Shown here: one piece after another, positions 61,479 through 64,000 of the stretch
How positions within the stretch are numbered: position 1 is the stretch's first letter
Layout: every line of letters starts with the position of its first letter
NCBI GenBank assembly: GCA_038087875.1
Contig: CM075989.1
Location: forward strand, 7,566,001-7,630,000
DNA: 64,000 nucleotides
From: Malacoraja senta
Taxonomy: Eukaryota
Direction of reading: 5' to 3'
Program-made: the position numbers and the translations under genes
The notes under the pieces: generated by a model
The model's database searches: none
What the model was told of the DNA's origin: nothing
What the model saw: the letters and a program-made list of their open reading frames with translations, nothing else

Positions 61479-63349
61479 TAATAATTTTTACTGAAGCCAA
61501 AGCACCCGCAGAAAACCCACGTGGTTACAGGGAGTACGTACAAACTCTGTACAGACAGCACCCGTAGTCAGAATCGAACCCGGGTCTCGGGCGCTGCAAG
61601 GCAGCAACTCTACTACTGCGCCATCATGCTGACCCTTCCCCTAGTTCTTGATTCCCCCTTTCCCTAAAACTATGGTGAGTAATTTAATAACCGCTTATTC
61701 CCCACAACCATCAGGCTCTTGACCCACCCTGCACAACACTAACCACTACTTCAGAAATTACAATCTTCTATGGACGATGTCATACGCAGAAGGTTTTGAC
61801 CTTGCGATGACCTGGTATTGCAGTTATTAATTTATTGTATTATTAATTACTGGGTTTTTATCTGTGTGTTTTATCTGTGCGTTAATGGACCTGCACCAAG
61901 TAAAAATGTAATTGTTCCATTGTCGCTACATATGACAATTAAACACTTGAAGAGTCTTGGGATCATCAGGGAGCCCTGGTTTTGTCATGTCAGAGTTATT
62001 CCCTTTGTCCTATCCACCCACCACCCTCTGCCATTTGAAATTAACTTGTTTGCTCACTTTTTTTTCAAGACTTTGACTTGAAATGTCAAACCTGGTTCTC
62101 TTTCCACAGATGCTGCCTGACCTGCTGAGCGCATCCTGCATTTCTTGCATTAGTTCCCTCTAATGGTTTTTAAGCCTCGGTCTTAATGTTGCCGGTTGGT
62201 ATTTCTCAGTTCTTCCTTGCTGGGCGTGCCCTGACATCAGTTCTTTTTGGCAGACATTGTTCAGGTCTCTCTGACGGCTGCTTGGAGCTACGTTTTACTG
62301 CATCTGACATTTAAACTGGTCGAACGGCTGTGGGGGACCTTTCTAATTTGGCTTTGTCGTAAACTTTTGCACACAAGACATTTCTAAATATTTTCTCGGC
62401 TTGGACAGTTTGAACGTTGCTGTTTTGACTGGTTTCTCTGGATGCAAGCCAGAGATACCCAAGTCGTACGATACCACTGTGTTTATCATGATGTTCCTCA
62501 GCATGGGGTGAACCACCCAGAACTTTACCCCCTTCCCAGCCAGTAGAAAGGTCTCCTTAGCAGAGGCATTTAGTGGACAGATTGGCATCAGACAGTTATT
62601 CAACGCACACTTGGTGACACCTAGATCAACACTGTCGGCTTTCAGAAGAAGATGTTTAGTTTATTGTCACTTGTACCAAGGTACAGCGAGAAGCTTTTTG
62701 TTGTTGCGTGCTATCCAGTCAGCGGAAAGACTATACAGGATCACAATCAAGCTGTGCACAGTGTACAGAGACAGGGTAAAGGGATAACATCTAGTGCAAG
62801 ATAATGTCTGATTAATGCTGGATATTACAAGGAGAGAAGCCAAACTGATATTGGATCCTCTGTTGATATGTGGGCCTGTGGACTTTGTACTTTAGCGTGT
62901 GTGTGTGCGCACAGGTCAGTTTTTTAAAATTTGCAACAGGTATGTCTTTATTTCAAAGAGCCATGTTTTGTATGCTGGATTAGCCACTCCGTACCATCAG
63001 TGACTGCACTTCACAGTAACATGCAGGGGTTGGAATCAGTGATTGACCGATGAGCCACCATTGACCTGTGGTGCCGTCTGCCTCCTCTGTACATCAACAG
63101 CATCTCCCTCGGCTGCTAGACAGAGGTTCCACAGCTCACGTGAAACAGTTTCATTTCGAGTTGATGTTCAGCTGAGTTTTGAAAGGGCCAACTCTGTCGT
63201 TGCTCCCCCCTCCGATCGATCAGAAGCAAGGTTACACGACAAAGAAGCTCTTCATTATGCCTGCGCTAATAACCTTTGGGGATTTCCTGGAATTCATGAA
63301 TTGTTGCTCAATGTTCCCAACTTCCTTGTGTGTTTACCATGTCTTTGTG

Positions 63350-63680
63350 AGAGTGGATGCAGACGGGATGTTTCCAGTGGTGGGAGAGTCCAGGGCAGAA
63401 TGCACTGCCTCAGAATAAAAGGACATACCTTTAGGAATGGAGATGAGGAGGAATTTATTTAGTCTGAGGGTGGTGAATCTGTGGAATTCATTGCCACAGA
63501 CGGCTGTGAAGGTCAAGTATTTTTAAAGCAGAGATTCATAGGTTTTTGATTATTAAGGGTGTCAAAGGTTACCGGGAGAAGCTAGGAGAATGGGGTTGAG
63601 AGGGAAAAATAGATCAGCCACGATCGAATGGTGGAGTGGACTCGACGGTCCGAATGGCTGAATTCTGTTCCTATGTCTTA
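63350..63680 (+). mobile_element. CR1 3' fragment
   Basis: MFPVVGESR...RVVNLWNSLP-type sequence and CR1 3'UTR. Confidence 0.8.
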
Positions 63681-63779
63681 TAAACTTTGCAAAGCAGTGT
63701 ACCTTTATCTACAGGGCATTGCGCCCTTATCCCCTGTCTTTGAATAAGTAATGATGACCTCTGAATTCTTTCATTGCAG

Positions 63780-63909
63780 GCACATTCAGGATCCAGCCAG
63801 TCAAAAGCTGACGTGGAATAAACCTCCCCGGAGCATCTTAGTCATTAAAAAGATCCAAGATGATCGGTTGCTTCAACCATTTAAGGAACTTTGCATCTTC
63901 CTTATGGAG
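63780..63909 (+). CDS. NADK: NAD kinase internal coding exon (130 bp, phase 2 to phase 0); orthologue vs paralogue not resolved
   Basis: Translates g-HIQDPASQKLTWNKPPRSILVIKKIQDDRLLQPFKELCIFLME, matching vertebrate NADK (human HIQDPASQRLTWNKSPKSVLVIKKMRDASLLQPFKELCTHLME). Acceptor ttctttcattgcAG (63778-79) and donor GAG|GTaatg (63910). Confidence 0.95.
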
Positions 63910-64000
63910 GTAATGTGTCGTAAAACTGTGGAAACCATTTTGGTTGTCGGGCAGTCAGAAAGATAGTTTGAGAGTAGAATCAAAGAACTGCTGATGGTGG

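Noticed and set aside
61670..61680. Perfect donor TG|GTGAGT near the NADK exon
   Set aside because: The phase-2 frame has a stop at 61649 with no intervening ATG; it shows that such donors occur by chance.
63043..63462. 139-aa ORF upstream of the NADK exon
   Set aside because: No NADK similarity, non-ATG start, and it runs into a CR1 fragment.

Overview
Eukaryotic, repeat-dense genomic DNA, almost certainly from a cartilaginous fish (skate/ray-like; inferred from the abundant HE1-type tRNA-derived V-SINEs and elasmobranch-type CR1/Penelope repeats). The only host coding sequence I can support is one 130-bp exon of NAD kinase (NADK, + strand, 63780-63909). The canonical upstream NADK exons were not recognised, so the window is probably one very large intron or upstream region, with a few candidate phase-compatible alternative first exons. 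Mobile DNA dominates: a full-length L1 with intact ORF1 and ORF2 and a long structured inter-ORF spacer, a second 5'-truncated L1 inserted into a decayed DIRS (tyrosine-recombinase) element, a ~3.1-kb CR1, a ~2.85-kb Penelope (RT + GIY-YIG) with a 16-bp TSD, L2 and Rex1-type fragments, a ~900-bp fold-back DNA element, a probable solo LTR and many SINEs. The most interesting signals are (i) a minimal hammerhead-ribozyme motif in the Penelope 3' tail, dispersed in many short and often hairpin-shaped copies with 10-16-bp TSDs, (ii) a rearranged, partly inverted local duplication at 31.7-42.6 kb that preserves empty sites, and (iii) candidate alternative N-termini for NADK. Coordinates of old repeats are approximate and no database searches were run.
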